Source: an uncultured Bacilli bacterium | GTDB taxonomy: Bacteria; Bacillota_I; Bacilli_A; RFN20; CAG-826 | Length of the DNA: 64,000 nt | Reading direction: 5' to 3' | Assembly: GCA_944358895.1 (NCBI GenBank) | Contig: CALVSB010000002.1 | Span: forward strand, 2,969-66,968 | Shown: positions 53,591-63,842 of the stretch, in pieces | Layout: the number at the start of each line of letters is the position of its first letter | Numbering within the stretch: the first letter of the stretch is position 1 | The notes under the pieces: model-generated | The model's input: the letters and a program-made list of their open reading frames with translations, nothing else | Database searches by the model: none | Told to the model about the DNA's origin: nothing | Translations under genes and position numbers: made by a program

Positions 53591-54880
53591 TTATTCAGCC
53601 TTTTCGTCTTTCTCTTCGGGCTTAGATTCAGTTTCTCCAGCCTTCGGCCCGGCTTCTTTGGCATCCGGTTCAGCCGCTTCGGCTTCCGGCGCCTTTTCCT
53701 CAGTCTCGGCCGGAGCAGCCTCTTTGGCGGCTTCGCCTTCTTCGAGATTCAGATTGTAGCCAGACATATCCCAATCCTTATGGGCCTCAAGAACCTGCTT
53801 GATGGCCTTTTTGATGAGGCGAGTGTCGCTTTCCCGGGTCTCTTCCGAACCTTTCTTCAAAACGGCGTTGACGCGGCCGAGGGCGTTTTCGAGTTCGCCC
53901 TTCGATTCATCGACAAGGCCGCTGACGAGGATATAGGCCCGGACGGCCGCCGGGGTCGACATCGAAGCGATATGCTTTTTGACTTCGAGCGGAAGATCGA
54001 TGTATTCCTTCTTTCCTTCCTCGAAGCGCCCGGAAAGCATAAGGAGCGAGACGCGCTGGGCGCAGGCATCTTCGTAAACAAAGGAAGAGACATTGGCTTT
54101 CGAAGCAATCGTCTTGTCGATGATATCGATGGCCTTGCCGTAATTGCCTTCGTCGAGAGCCTTGGCCATCGCGATGGCGTTGATGCGGCTCGTGAAGTTG
54201 GTAACGTTGTCGTAAACCTTGCTTTCGAGAAGCGGCTTGCCCGTCGCCAAGTGATATTCGCTAACGAGAAGATCGTTATAGGCTTCGATGTTCGTCTTGT
54301 TCGTGAGGACAGTCAAAAGATAGCCGTCGTTTTTGGAGTCGAGGGCAGCCGGGAAAATGTCGTAGATGTAGATGACGCCGCCGACAGCAAGGATGACGAT
54401 GGCAAATGCTTTCCACCATTGCCAGACCGGATCGCTCGCAGCCACGCCGTCAGCAAAGGCGATGACGACAACCAGGGCGACAACCTCGAGGAGGAAAAGG
54501 ACGAGCGGCATATAGATATAGGCCCGAGGCGAGCTCTTTTCGCTCGTCGGGTAGATTTTCGTTTCGCCCGTGAGGCCGTCGAAACTGCGAACCGCGCCTT
54601 TCATCTTGCCGTCTTTCTCGGCAAAGCCGAGCCAGAAAACGATCCAGCTATAGACCTTGTAATGGCCGATCAAGGCGCCGAGCAAGTGGCCAAGCTCGAC
54701 GAGAATGGCATTGAAAAGACCGCCGACGACAATCGCCAAAATGATAAATACGATTGAATTGAGCGGGGCATAGGCCGCATAGTCGGTCATGATGGGGCGG
54801 ACAGCGAAGAGGCCGACCAGGACGATCACGGCTAGGATGATCGCGTAGACAAGGTAGCTCATCAATTCGCTTTTTTTCAT
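53591..54880 (-). CDS. membrane protein with degenerate zincin-like motif, helical-repeat cytoplasmic domain and acidic tail
   Basis: ORF trimmed to ATG 54880, with AAAGGAGG upstream. Five to six TM segments including ILVELGHLLGALIGH. C-terminal tail EAAKEAAPAETEEKAPEAEAAEPDAKEAG. Confidence 0.65.
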   Translation of the reverse strand: MKKSELMSYLVYAIILAVIVLVGLFAVRPIMTDYAAYAPLNSIVFIILAIVVGGLFNAILVELGHLLGALIGHYKVYSWIVFWLGFAEKDGKMKGAVRSFDGLTGETKIYPTSEKSSPRAYIYMPLVLFLLEVVALVVVIAFADGVAASDPVWQWWKAFAIVILAVGGVIYIYDIFPAALDSKNDGYLLTVLTNKTNIEAYNDLLVSEYHLATGKPLLESKVYDNVTNFTSRINAIAMAKALDEGNYGKAIDIIDKTIASKANVSSFVYEDACAQRVSLLMLSGRFEEGKKEYIDLPLEVKKHIASMSTPAAVRAYILVSGLVDESKGELENALGRVNAVLKKGSEETRESDTRLIKKAIKQVLEAHKDWDMSGYNLNLEEGEAAKEAAPAETEEKAPEAEAAEPDAKEAGPKAGETESKPEEKDEKAE

Positions 54881-55062
54881 AAAGCAAAACCTCCTTTTGA
54901 GAAACGCCAAGCTCGGCGTCCCTCGGCGCTAGTGACTGGCTTGGCCAATCACACGTGTTCCTACACTAGCCGCTACCGCCGAAGCAAAGGGGTTAATCTC
55001 GATTGATATGTCTGCCCTGAGGGCACGCCCATTATAAAACAATCGCTCGCTGCTACTAGTTT

Positions 55063-55620
55063 TTAGTGCTTTCTTTCTTCGGCAGTTGCCTCGACGATGG
55101 CCGGAAAGAGCTTTTCCTTGGCCACGTTGAGGTAACGGTTCATCAAACGGTCGAAGCGGAGAGGCGTGACTTCTTGGTTATGGAAAAGATAGCTATATTC
55201 GTCGGCCACCATACGGGCGAAGCGGCGGCAGGCTACCCTGGCCCCTTCCTTGCTTAGCGTCCCGAGCGGATGCTTGGAATAGTAACCGAAATAACTCGTC
55301 ATGACTTTTGAGAAGAAGAAGTCGTCGGGAAGCTCGCTGGCCGCCGAGTTGTAGGCTGCCCTTAAAAAGGCAAAATTGTCTTTCGCGTAGGCTTGGATCG
55401 CCTTCAGGTTGGCATCGGGCTCGGCCGCCTCGGAAAAGCCCGGTACCTGTTCGCCAAGAAAGACGGAATTCAAAAGGTCGTAGATGTCTTGGTAATGGTA
55501 ATAGAAAGTCTGGCGGTGGCTCCCGCAGTATTCGCATAGAGCCCGAACCGTGATGTCCCTAAGGGGAGAGGATAACATCATTTCCCGAAGGGCCTTTTTG
55601 AACTTGGCCTCGGTAATCAT
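55063..55620 (-). CDS. TetR/AcrR family regulator (DhaS-like subgroup)
   Basis: LRDITVRALCEYCGSHRQTFYYHYQDIYDLL is the TetR HTH of the dihydroxyacetone-kinase-regulator-like subgroup. Confidence 0.75.
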   Translation of the reverse strand: MITEAKFKKALREMMLSSPLRDITVRALCEYCGSHRQTFYYHYQDIYDLLNSVFLGEQVPGFSEAAEPDANLKAIQAYAKDNFAFLRAAYNSAASELPDDFFFSKVMTSYFGYYSKHPLGTLSKEGARVACRRFARMVADEYSYLFHNQEVTPLRFDRLMNRYLNVAKEKLFPAIVEATAEERKH

Positions 55621-55624
55621 TGCC

Positions 55625-56527
55625 TTACCTCAACTTGCTGTAGCTAAGAGCAATCTTCGCGGCGAGGCGGGCGTTGTTCTTGACGAGGGCCATATTGGTC
55701 TCCAAAGACTCGCCGCCGGTGATAGTCGCGATTCTCGAAAGCAAGAAAGGCGTGACGGCTTTGCCGGTGATTTTTTGCTCTTCGGCCTCTTTGACTGCCT
55801 CTTCGATGGCCTTTTCGATGTATTCGTTCGGGAGAGCCATTTCCTCGGGGCAGGGATTGCTGACGAGGATGCCGCCGGTAAGACCCAGGTCGCGCCGGGC
55901 CTTGAGGATGGCTGCCGCTTCGGCGGGATCGTGGAAGACCGCGTCGACCGGAAGGCCGGAGGAACGCGAATAGAAGGAAGCAAAAGTTTCGCTCTCGTAG
56001 GAAAGGACGCTCACGCCTTGGGTCTCGAGGACTTCAATCGTCTTTGGGAGGTCGAGAATAGCCTTGGCTCCCGAGCAAATGACCATCGTCGGCTCGCTTC
56101 CGAGCTCATAAAGGTCGCGGGAAACGTCCCAGGTCTTTTCGGCTCCGCGGTGGACGCCCCCGATGCCGCCGGTCGCAAAGATGTCAATGCCGGCCATCGC
56201 CGAGCAAAGGATGGTGGCCGAAACGGTCGTCGCGCCCCATTCCTTCCGGGCCATGACGATCGGAAGATCGCGTTTGGAAACCTTCCTGATGCCTTTCCGC
56301 GTCGAAAAAGCCTCGATTTCCTCTTCGTTCATGCCGATGACGATTTCGCCATCGATGATGCCGATCGTCGCCGGCACGGCCCCTTCCTCGCGGATGATGG
56401 CCTCAAGGGCGAGAGCCGTCTCCTTGTTCTTTGGGTAGGGCATCCCATGGGAAATGATCGTGCTCTCGAGAGAGACGATCGGGCGCCCTTCGGCTTTGGC
56501 TTTCTTTACTTCGTCGGAATAGCGCAT
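55625..56527 (-). CDS. psuG: pseudouridine-5-phosphate glycosidase
   Basis: PIVSLESTIISHGMPYPKN and GGIGGVHRG, the IndA/PsuG signatures. Confidence 0.85.
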   Translation of the reverse strand: MRYSDEVKKAKAEGRPIVSLESTIISHGMPYPKNKETALALEAIIREEGAVPATIGIIDGEIVIGMNEEEIEAFSTRKGIRKVSKRDLPIVMARKEWGATTVSATILCSAMAGIDIFATGGIGGVHRGAEKTWDVSRDLYELGSEPTMVICSGAKAILDLPKTIEVLETQGVSVLSYESETFASFYSRSSGLPVDAVFHDPAEAAAILKARRDLGLTGGILVSNPCPEEMALPNEYIEKAIEEAVKEAEEQKITGKAVTPFLLSRIATITGGESLETNMALVKNNARLAAKIALSYSKLR

Positions 56528-59004
56528 GCGTCTTTTTCCTCTTTCCTACCTAGTTTAGCAATTAGAACGACCGAGACGAAGTAAAGAGCAAGGGAAATTG
56601 CCAAGATGGCCGCCATGAGAAGAACGACCGCCCACGACCCATATGGGTTGTTGCCGATTGCGCCGAAACTGATGTTGAAGAGTTCGGAGCCGGGGGGGTA
56701 AAAGACGAAGCGGTCGAGAATTATCGCCCCAACGACCCCAATCGTGATGAGGATGAAAACAGCCGTCCGGTATCGGTCAAAAGGCAGGCACGTGCGGAAG
56801 AGGGTGAACAGCGAAATAAGGGTAAAGCAAATGGTCGAGATTGTGAGGATGAGCGGCTCGTTCCAGAGCCCCGGGATCAGGTAGCAGAAGAGATAGGAAA
56901 GCCCGACCGAGAGAATCGCCACCCCGCCAGCCGGCAAGGCTTTGGAAAGAATGTTCCAGAAAACCGTTCCCTTGAGCGGCTCGTTCGAAGGCTGGAGGGC
57001 CAATAAGAAGCCGCCGACGCCAATCGAGAAGAATTCCCAAATCGTGAGGTTGCGGGTCTCGAAAGGGTAGGAAGCGTCGATTGCCCAGTCGGCAATCAGG
57101 AAGACAATAGAAAGGACGATCGCAAAGATCGTCTTAGCCAAGAAGAGGGAAGCGGTTCGCTGAATGTTATTGATGACGCGCCGGCCTTCGCGAACAACGT
57201 CCGGAAGTTTGCTGAAGTCGTTCTCGAGGCTGACGATGTGGGCGGCGTTTCGCGCCGCAGCCGAGCCGGAGGCCATGGCAATCGAGCAATCGGCTTTCTT
57301 GAGGGCAATGATGTCATTGACCCCGTCCCCGGTCATCGCAACCTTGTGGCCTTCCTCCTGGAGGGCTTGGACAATGAGGGCTTTCTGCTCGGGCGAAACC
57401 CGTCCGAAAACGACTTTGTCCTTGACGAGCTCGGGAATCTGCTCGTCTTTGACCCCCTCCATCGAGACGAAGCGGTCGGCCCCGATCACTCCGCATTCGG
57501 CAGCGATGTGGCTGACGGTCAAAGGATTATCGCCCGAGATAATGCGGACGGAAACGCATGATTTTTGGAACCACTCGATGTTGGCCTTCGCATCGCTTTT
57601 GATATTGTCGGAAAGGGAAATCTGGCAAATCATGGTCGATTTGCTGGGGATTTTCCCCTCATAAATCTTGTCTTTGCTGTAGAAGAGCCCCAAAACACGG
57701 TAGCCCGACTTCATGAGCCGTTTGGCATCCAGGGAGGCGATGGGCGGGACTTTGCCGCCGATGAATTCGCTGGCCCCGAGAATGAAGGTCCCCTTTCCCT
57801 CGAGCGTCGCGGCCGAGTACTTGCGTGCGCTATCGAAAGGCAGGGCGAATTCGTAGGCAATGCTCTTCCCGCTCGCCGCATAACGCGACACGGCCTCAGC
57901 CGTCGCGTTGCCATCCCCCGTCGCTTGAACGAGGCTATGGAGAATGTCGCGGATCTCCCCATCGGTGAAATCACTGTAGTGGTATAGGTCCTGAACGGCC
58001 AGCCGCCCATCGGTCAGGGTTCCGGTCTTGTCGAAGCAAAGGACGTCGACCCGGGCTAGCATCTCGATGCAGTAAAGCTCCTGCACGTTCATTTTCTTCC
58101 GGGAGAGGTTGTAAACGCCGATGGCCAGGGTAGTCGAAGTAAGGACGTAGAGGCCGGCCGGGATCATCGCTACGAGCGAGCCGGAAAGCGACTTGATGAA
58201 TTCTTGGTAAGAGGAGAGATCCTTGAACCAACCATTTTGGGCCAATTCGGTCGCGAACATCGCGATACCCATGAGAATGGCGATGATGCCGGTCGTCCAG
58301 AAGATGACGAGGCACGTTCTTTTGATTTCGCTTTTGGGCCGGGTGAAGAGGCGGGCTTGGCTTTGAAGGGTTTCCGCGTAATTGGCCGCCCCCACCTTCT
58401 CGACCCGGACGTAGGCCTTGCCAGCCCGGACGAAGGAGCCGCTATAGACATGGCTTTCTTCGTCTTTGCGCACGGCCTCGCTCTCCCCGGTCAGGAGGGA
58501 TTCGTCGACGTCGATATAGCCGCTTACGACCTTCGCGTCGCAGGGAATCTGGTCGCCGGAAGAAAGGACGACGATGTCGCTTAGGACGATCTCGTCGACC
58601 GGGATCGTCACTTCTTTCCCGTTCCGCATGACCTTGGAACGCTCTTCGGTCACGACCCGGAGCTTGTCGGTCAAGAGGCGCACCCGGATGTCCGCGATGA
58701 GGCCGATGAGAATGTTCAAGGAAAGGGGAGCGAGGAAGAAATAGGAAGTGATGGGCAGGCCGCCCGCCATCATGAGGCCGGCAATCACGAAGAAGACGAT
58801 ATTGAAAAAGGTCAGGAAGTTGTCGAAGACGATGCGCGCATACGACTTGGTGACCTTTTTCTTCGTTTTGTTGGCCAGCCCTTCCTTCCGCCGGGCTTCC
58901 GCTTGTCCATCGGTCAAGCCGTACATGAAATCGGCTTCGATGGGCGCGGCTTCTTCGATTTTCCGAAGGAGGTTTTCTCCCCGGTGGGAAAGAAATGGCT
59001 TCAT
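56506..59004 (-). CDS. cation-transporting P-type ATPase, substrate undetermined
   Basis: ORF 56506..59253 trimmed to ATG 59004 (MKPFLSH), which overlaps the stop of the upstream ABC gene. Phosphorylation motif CFDKTGTLT and hinge TGDGVNDIIALKKAD. Confidence 0.85.
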   Translation of the reverse strand: MKPFLSHRGENLLRKIEEAAPIEADFMYGLTDGQAEARRKEGLANKTKKKVTKSYARIVFDNFLTFFNIVFFVIAGLMMAGGLPITSYFFLAPLSLNILIGLIADIRVRLLTDKLRVVTEERSKVMRNGKEVTIPVDEIVLSDIVVLSSGDQIPCDAKVVSGYIDVDESLLTGESEAVRKDEESHVYSGSFVRAGKAYVRVEKVGAANYAETLQSQARLFTRPKSEIKRTCLVIFWTTGIIAILMGIAMFATELAQNGWFKDLSSYQEFIKSLSGSLVAMIPAGLYVLTSTTLAIGVYNLSRKKMNVQELYCIEMLARVDVLCFDKTGTLTDGRLAVQDLYHYSDFTDGEIRDILHSLVQATGDGNATAEAVSRYAASGKSIAYEFALPFDSARKYSAATLEGKGTFILGASEFIGGKVPPIASLDAKRLMKSGYRVLGLFYSKDKIYEGKIPSKSTMICQISLSDNIKSDAKANIEWFQKSCVSVRIISGDNPLTVSHIAAECGVIGADRFVSMEGVKDEQIPELVKDKVVFGRVSPEQKALIVQALQEEGHKVAMTGDGVNDIIALKKADCSIAMASGSAAARNAAHIVSLENDFSKLPDVVREGRRVINNIQRTASLFLAKTIFAIVLSIVFLIADWAIDASYPFETRNLTIWEFFSIGVGGFLLALQPSNEPLKGTVFWNILSKALPAGGVAILSVGLSYLFCYLIPGLWNEPLILTISTICFTLISLFTLFRTCLPFDRYRTAVFILITIGVVGAIILDRFVFYPPGSELFNISFGAIGNNPYGSWAVVLLMAAILAISLALYFVSVVLIAKLGRKEEKDACAIPTK

Positions 59005-61889
59005 TGCTCGCTCCTGATGGCTTTGGCCGGGTCTTTCTTGGCTGCCAGGCGGGAAGGGACAAAGCCGGCAACCAAAGCCAAGACAATCGCGGAAGCGACG
59101 AGGGCAAGGGCAATCCACGGCGAGAGGACCGCCATGTCGGGCAAGGCAATGACCGACGAGAAGAGGGTTCGCACGATGACATTGAGCGGAATGCTCAACA
59201 AATACGCGAACAAAACCCCGAAAAGGCCGGCGATGCCACCGACGAGGAAACACTCTGTTTCAAAGAGCGTCGACACGTCTCGCTTTCTGGCTCCGCAAGC
59301 TCTAAGTATGCCGATTTCCCTTGTCCTTTCAAGGACGGATACGTAAGTGATGACAGCCATCATAAGTGAGGAAACAACAAGGGAAATCGAGGCGAAGATA
59401 ACAAGGACGACCGAAATGATTGTAACGAGGCTAGCCAGTCCGTCTGTAAAGTCCCCCATCGCGTCAAGGAAGGTTACTTGCTCGCTTGCGGGCCGCCCGA
59501 TGTTGTAGGCTTCGAGATAGCTTCTCAGCTCGGCCTTGGTCGTGAGGGAAGAAGGGAAAACAAGGATCGAGGTGACGAGGGAATAGGCTTCGGAGTAGGC
59601 AATGATGTCCATCGCGTCGATCGCGTCAGGCGTCGGGGCAAAGAAGTTGGAAGCAAGGAAGGCTGAGAAAAGGGCCGGAACGTTGCTCATGTCGCCAGCC
59701 AGAACGGGATCGACCAGGGCGGCCACGTCGTCTTCCTCGTAGTCGGCCCCGACGCGCCTCGAATAAGCCAGCATCCCATAGGGGGTAAGAAGGTCGGGGT
59801 TTTGGACGCTCGAACCAGATATGTAGCTTTCGTAAGTGAAGAAGCTTCGATAAGCCAATAGATCGGCCAATTGGTCGACGAGGCTCGACAAGGTCGCGGA
59901 TGTCAGGCCGGAACTCAGGTCGCCCAAGGAATCGAAGAAAGACTGAAGGGCCTCCAAGCCGTCGACCTTGTCATAGTTGCGGGCTGGGACATACCAATTG
60001 CTTCCCTGCATGGACCGCATGTCGGCAATGGAATCGTTATCTTCCTCGAGGAAGAGGTCCTCGAGGCTCGAAAGGTAACCGATGGAAGAAGGCATCGTCG
60101 TGATGACGCTGCTCTGGCTCGGCCGAACGACTCCGACGATTCGAAGCTCGATGGGGTTATGGCTGTCGTCGAAATAGAATTCCTTATAAGAGGCGCTCGT
60201 ATTCCCCGGCGCAACATAGGCTTTCATCTCTTTGGTGACGATGCCAGAGGAGGTGACCTCAAACTTCTCAGCAAGAGGGTCGTAGGTCACTTTCACGTTG
60301 TCGTAGACTTGATCAGTATAGGTAAATTCCGGTTCGCTTCCGTAGAAATCCTGCCGCAAATACGCCTTATATGTTTTCTTTTCGAGCAAATCGGCAAAGG
60401 AAATGGCATCGCCGCCCTCGGCCGAATCGTCGACGATCCCGAGGGCTTTGAGGGTCGAATAATCAACCTGGTTATACCGATCGACGATGAGGACGAGGTC
60501 GGTCGGCTTTTGCGGGTAGGAACCGTAGATGAGGTCGTACTGGCTCGACGGATCTTCTGACGTGCCAAGGCCGTAAAGCGGGTGGAAGACGCTCGTCGGA
60601 AGGGAGGCGGCCGAAGTCACCATCGAGGTCAACGAGCCAATGGAAGCCCCGGCTCCTTGGTCGAGGACGAAGAACTTGGCGTCGGGGTCGTTCGGATCCA
60701 AAGTCGAGGAAGTGATGATGTTGAAATTCATGTTCTCCCGCTGGACGACGACGTCGCTCGCGAGGTTGCGGGCGATCAGCTCCGGATCTTCGACCAAGGC
60801 CCGCACGTACGACACGTACTCGTTGGAAAGGTTGTTGGTCGAGGCGACATAGGAATAGCCGCTATTCCGGATGACGTAGAGTTCCTCGTCGTCCGGGTAC
60901 TCCTCTCCGCTTTTCGATCCGCCGCCCGTCGATTGGTAGGCCAGCGTCTTCTTGCTGATCGAAATCGGTACCGAGGAAGCGAGAGCCGACTCGACACTGT
61001 TGGTATAGGAAGAGAAGCCGGTCGATAAGGCAAGGACGAGCCCGACCCCGACGATTCCGATGCTGGAGGAAAGGGAGACGACGAGGGTCCTTCCCCACTT
61101 GGCCGCCACGTTCCGAAAGGAGTTCTTCACGGCTGCCCAAAGGCCCATGGACGTCCGTCCTTCCTTCGAGGCCATCGAAACATCGTCTTCGACGGGAAGG
61201 GGGTCGCTGTCGGAGACGATCTCCCCGTCTTCCATCCTGATGATCCGGTCGCTATAGCGCTCAGCCAGCGCCTCGTTGTGCGTCACTAAAACGACGAGGC
61301 ACCGTTCGCTGATCTTCTTTAGAAGGTCGGCCACGATTTCGGAGGAACGGCTGTCGAGGGCGCCCGTCGGCTCGTCGGCCAAGACGATTTCCGGTTTTCC
61401 AGCCAAAGCCCGGGCAATGGCCACGCGCTGCATCTGGCCGCCGGAAAGTTCGTTCGGTTTCTTGTGGGCGATTTCTTCGAGCCCGACTTCCCTCAGAGCC
61501 TCGAGGGCAGCTTTCTTCCTTTCCGAGGCCGGCATCCCCGAAAGGAGAAGCGGCAACTCGACGTTGAGAAGGGCCGATTGGTAATCGAGGAGGTTGTAGT
61601 TCTGGAAGACAAAGCCAAGCCGCTTGTTCCGATAGGCATCCCAGTCGCGGTCTTTGTAGGAAGAGGTCGAGCGGCCGTCGACGAGGAGTTCGCCCCGGCT
61701 CGCGCGGTCGAGCCCGCCGACAATGTTGAGAAGCGTCGTCTTGCCGCAACCCGAGGGGCCGAGAATCGAGACGAAGCCAGTCCGGGGAAGGGCAAGCGAA
61801 ACGGACTTGAGGGCCGCAAACGGCTTCCTGTTGACGTAATAATCTTTTCCTAGGCCTCTCAAAACGAGCCGCGGCGCTTCTTTTTCCAT
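59001..61889 (-). CDS. fused ABC ATPase / FtsX-family permease (MacB-like) with extracytoplasmic domain of about 480 aa
   Basis: [27 protein letters not shown] and [11 protein letters not shown] at the N-terminus. One TM segment, a long hydrophilic domain, then three C-terminal TM segments with the FtsX-type motif [11 protein letters not shown]. Confidence 0.85.
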   Translation of the reverse strand: MEKEAPRLVLRGLGKDYYVNRKPFAALKSVSLALPRTGFVSILGPSGCGKTTLLNIVGGLDRASRGELLVDGRSTSSYKDRDWDAYRNKRLGFVFQNYNLLDYQSALLNVELPLLLSGMPASERKKAALEALREVGLEEIAHKKPNELSGGQMQRVAIARALAGKPEIVLADEPTGALDSRSSEIVADLLKKISERCLVVLVTHNEALAERYSDRIIRMEDGEIVSDSDPLPVEDDVSMASKEGRTSMGLWAAVKNSFRNVAAKWGRTLVVSLSSSIGIVGVGLVLALSTGFSSYTNSVESALASSVPISISKKTLAYQSTGGGSKSGEEYPDDEELYVIRNSGYSYVASTNNLSNEYVSYVRALVEDPELIARNLASDVVVQRENMNFNIITSSTLDPNDPDAKFFVLDQGAGASIGSLTSMVTSAASLPTSVFHPLYGLGTSEDPSSQYDLIYGSYPQKPTDLVLIVDRYNQVDYSTLKALGIVDDSAEGGDAISFADLLEKKTYKAYLRQDFYGSEPEFTYTDQVYDNVKVTYDPLAEKFEVTSSGIVTKEMKAYVAPGNTSASYKEFYFDDSHNPIELRIVGVVRPSQSSVITTMPSSIGYLSSLEDLFLEEDNDSIADMRSMQGSNWYVPARNYDKVDGLEALQSFFDSLGDLSSGLTSATLSSLVDQLADLLAYRSFFTYESYISGSSVQNPDLLTPYGMLAYSRRVGADYEEDDVAALVDPVLAGDMSNVPALFSAFLASNFFAPTPDAIDAMDIIAYSEAYSLVTSILVFPSSLTTKAELRSYLEAYNIGRPASEQVTFLDAMGDFTDGLASLVTIISVVLVIFASISLVVSSLMMAVITYVSVLERTREIGILRACGARKRDVSTLFETECFLVGGIAGLFGVLFAYLLSIPLNVIVRTLFSSVIALPDMAVLSPWIALALVASAIVLALVAGFVPSRLAAKKDPAKAIRSEQ

Positions 61890-61895
61890 CTTCGC

Positions 61896-62345
61896 TTATT
61901 CCCGCCGTTTGGCAAAAAACGCCTGCAAAAGGGCTTTCGATTCTTCTTTTTTGCTGCCGATTTCGAGAAGGGGCACTCCCTCGTCCGTAACTTCGTCGAA
62001 AACGTGGAAGCGGCTGCGGATGGCTCCGGCTTTGGGATCGTCTAGAGCGTAGACGAGCCGGTGGATCCGGCTTTGGATAATCGCCCCGGCGCACATGAGG
62101 CACGGCTCGAGGGTAACGTAGAGGGTACACTCGGAGAGGCGAACCCGGCCCAGTTCCTTTTCAGCGGAAAGAAGGGCTTCGATTTCGGCATGGGAGGCAA
62201 TCGAAAGCTTGGCCTCCCGCTCGTTGTGCCCCCGGCCGACGACTTTCCCGTCCAAAGCAACGACGGCGCCGACCGGAACCTCACCCGCTTCGAGGGCTTT
62301 CCGAGCCTCTTTTAGCGCCTCTTCCATCAACTCGACATCGTTCAT
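61896..62345 (-). CDS. tadA: tRNA adenosine(34) deaminase
   Basis: ORF trimmed to ATG 62345 (MNDVELMEEALKEA). Contains HAEIEAL and PCLMCAGAI. Confidence 0.85.
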   Translation of the reverse strand: MNDVELMEEALKEARKALEAGEVPVGAVVALDGKVVGRGHNEREAKLSIASHAEIEALLSAEKELGRVRLSECTLYVTLEPCLMCAGAIIQSRIHRLVYALDDPKAGAIRSRFHVFDEVTDEGVPLLEIGSKKEESKALLQAFFAKRRE

Positions 62346-62400
62346 GGCTAGATAATACCAAACCCGGGGCCGATTCAACTTTCTTTATTCAAAGAAAAAA

Positions 62401-62477
62401 CCACCGCGCATGTTCGGTAACCTTAAGGCTGCTCGGTTCCCCGCCTGACCTGGTTCGGAAACGTCCCATCGCGATGG
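62401..62477 (-). ncRNA. ffs: signal recognition particle RNA (small 4.5S type), ends approximate
   Basis: Minus strand reads CCATCGCG...CCGAACCAGGTCAGGCGGGGAACCGAGCAGCCTTAAGG...CGCGGTGG. It carries the conserved domain IV core (AGGTCAGG..GGAA..AGCAGCC) and closing-stem pairing. A TATAAT box lies at 62490-62485 and a T-run at 62400-62395. Confidence 0.8.
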
Positions 62478-62511
62478 CTCGTCCATTATACCCTCTTCCC
62501 TCCTTTTTCCT

Positions 62512-62548
62512 AGGAAAAGGAAAAGCCGTCCCCCGGAAGGGAACGGCT
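62512..62548 (-). terminator. rho-independent terminator after serS
   Basis: Minus strand reads GCCGTTCCC-ttccg-GGGGACGGC (one G-U pair) followed by TTTTCCTTTTCC. Confidence 0.7.
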
Positions 62549-62561
62549 GAGCGACGAATCC

Positions 62562-63842
62562 TTACTTTTTCGGCGTGATGACCTCGAGGCCGCCCATGAA
62601 GGGACGGAGGGCCTCCGGGATCTTGACCGAGCCGTCGGGCTGCTGGTTCTCCTCGAGGAGAGCCGGGAAGACGCGCGAGGTGGCAAGGCCCGACCCGTTG
62701 AGGGTGTGGCAGTAATGGGTCTTGCCTTCTTCGTCGCGGTAGCGGATCATGCCGCGGCGGGCTTGGTAATCGCGGGCGTTCGAGACGCTCGAGACTTCCT
62801 TGTAGATGCCCATCGACGGGATGTAAACCTCGATGTCGTAGGTCCGGGCCATCGAGTGGGAGCAATCGGCGGCAGCCAGTTTGTCGATTTGGTAGGCGAG
62901 GCCGAGCCCTTCGATGAGCTTCTGGGCCTTCTTGACGAGTTCCTCGAAGGCGGCGTCGCTGCCGTCGTCGGTCGTGTACTGGACCATTTCGACTTTATTG
63001 AACTGGTAGCCGCGGATCATGCCGCGCTCCTCGGTCCGGTAGCTGCCGGCTTCCTTCCGGTAGCACGGGGTATAGGCAAAGAACTTCTTCGGAAGATCCT
63101 TGTAGGAGAGGATCTCGTTCCGGTAGAGGTTCACGAGAGCCGTCTCGGCCGTCGGGAGGATGAACTTCCGGGGCTCGAGGCCTTCGAGCCAGAACACTTC
63201 GTCCTTGAACTTCGGGAACTGGCCGGCCGTATAGCCGCTTTCGTAGTTGAGGATGTGCGGCGGGAGGATCATCTCGTAGCCGTCGGCCAGATGGTTGGAA
63301 ATGAAGTAATTGATGAGGGCCCATTCAAGCCGGGCGCCGAGGCCGGTGTAAATCCAGGTTCCGCTTCCCGAGATCTTGGCAGCCCGCTTGTAGTCGATGA
63401 GGCCAAGCGATTCGGCCAGTTCGACGTGATCCTTCATCGTCTTCGGGTCGAAAGTCCGCGGATTGCCCCATTTGTAAATGGGCTCGTTATCTTCCTTGCC
63501 GCCCGGGGCCAAGTCAGGGTCGGGAAGGTTCGGGAGGACTTCGATGAGGCCTTGGAGGTCAGCTTCGATTTTCTTGAGTTCCTCTTCCTTGGCCTTGTTG
63601 GCCGCGCCGAGTTCCTTGACCTTGGCGAAGATGGCCTTGACGTCGCCGCCGGCCTTCTTGACTTCCGGGACCGATGACGAGAGCTTGTTCTGCTCGGCTT
63701 TCGAGGCTTCGACCTCTTTTAGAAGCGTCCTCCGCTTCTTCGAAAGTTCGAGGACCGGAGCCGGATCGAAATCCCAGTTCTTCTTGGCGAGGCGTTCCTT
63801 GACTTCCTCGGGGTGCTCCTCGATGTAGCGAATGTCGATCAT
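62562..63842 (-). CDS. serS: serine--tRNA ligase
   Basis: MIDIRYIEEHPEEVKERLAKK coiled-coil N-terminal arm. Class II motifs FRKEAGS-like (CYRKEAGSY), TEERGMIRGYQFNKVE and GSGLATSRV. Confidence 0.9.
   Translation of the reverse strand: MIDIRYIEEHPEEVKERLAKKNWDFDPAPVLELSKKRRTLLKEVEASKAEQNKLSSSVPEVKKAGGDVKAIFAKVKELGAANKAKEEELKKIEADLQGLIEVLPNLPDPDLAPGGKEDNEPIYKWGNPRTFDPKTMKDHVELAESLGLIDYKRAAKISGSGTWIYTGLGARLEWALINYFISNHLADGYEMILPPHILNYESGYTAGQFPKFKDEVFWLEGLEPRKFILPTAETALVNLYRNEILSYKDLPKKFFAYTPCYRKEAGSYRTEERGMIRGYQFNKVEMVQYTTDDGSDAAFEELVKKAQKLIEGLGLAYQIDKLAAADCSHSMARTYDIEVYIPSMGIYKEVSSVSNARDYQARRGMIRYRDEEGKTHYCHTLNGSGLATSRVFPALLEENQQPDGSVKIPEALRPFMGGLEVITPKK

Noticed and set aside
59005-59253. 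Upstream extension of the P-type ATPase ORF ([13 protein letters not shown]...). Similar out-of-frame ORF extensions occur at 1808-1885, 5667-5735, 8794-8856, 21176-21289 and 62346-62378.
   Set aside because: The extensions overlap the preceding gene or the intergenic region, are Arg/Pro-rich, and skip an internal ATG that has an RBS or gives a canonical N-terminus or lipoprotein signal peptide.
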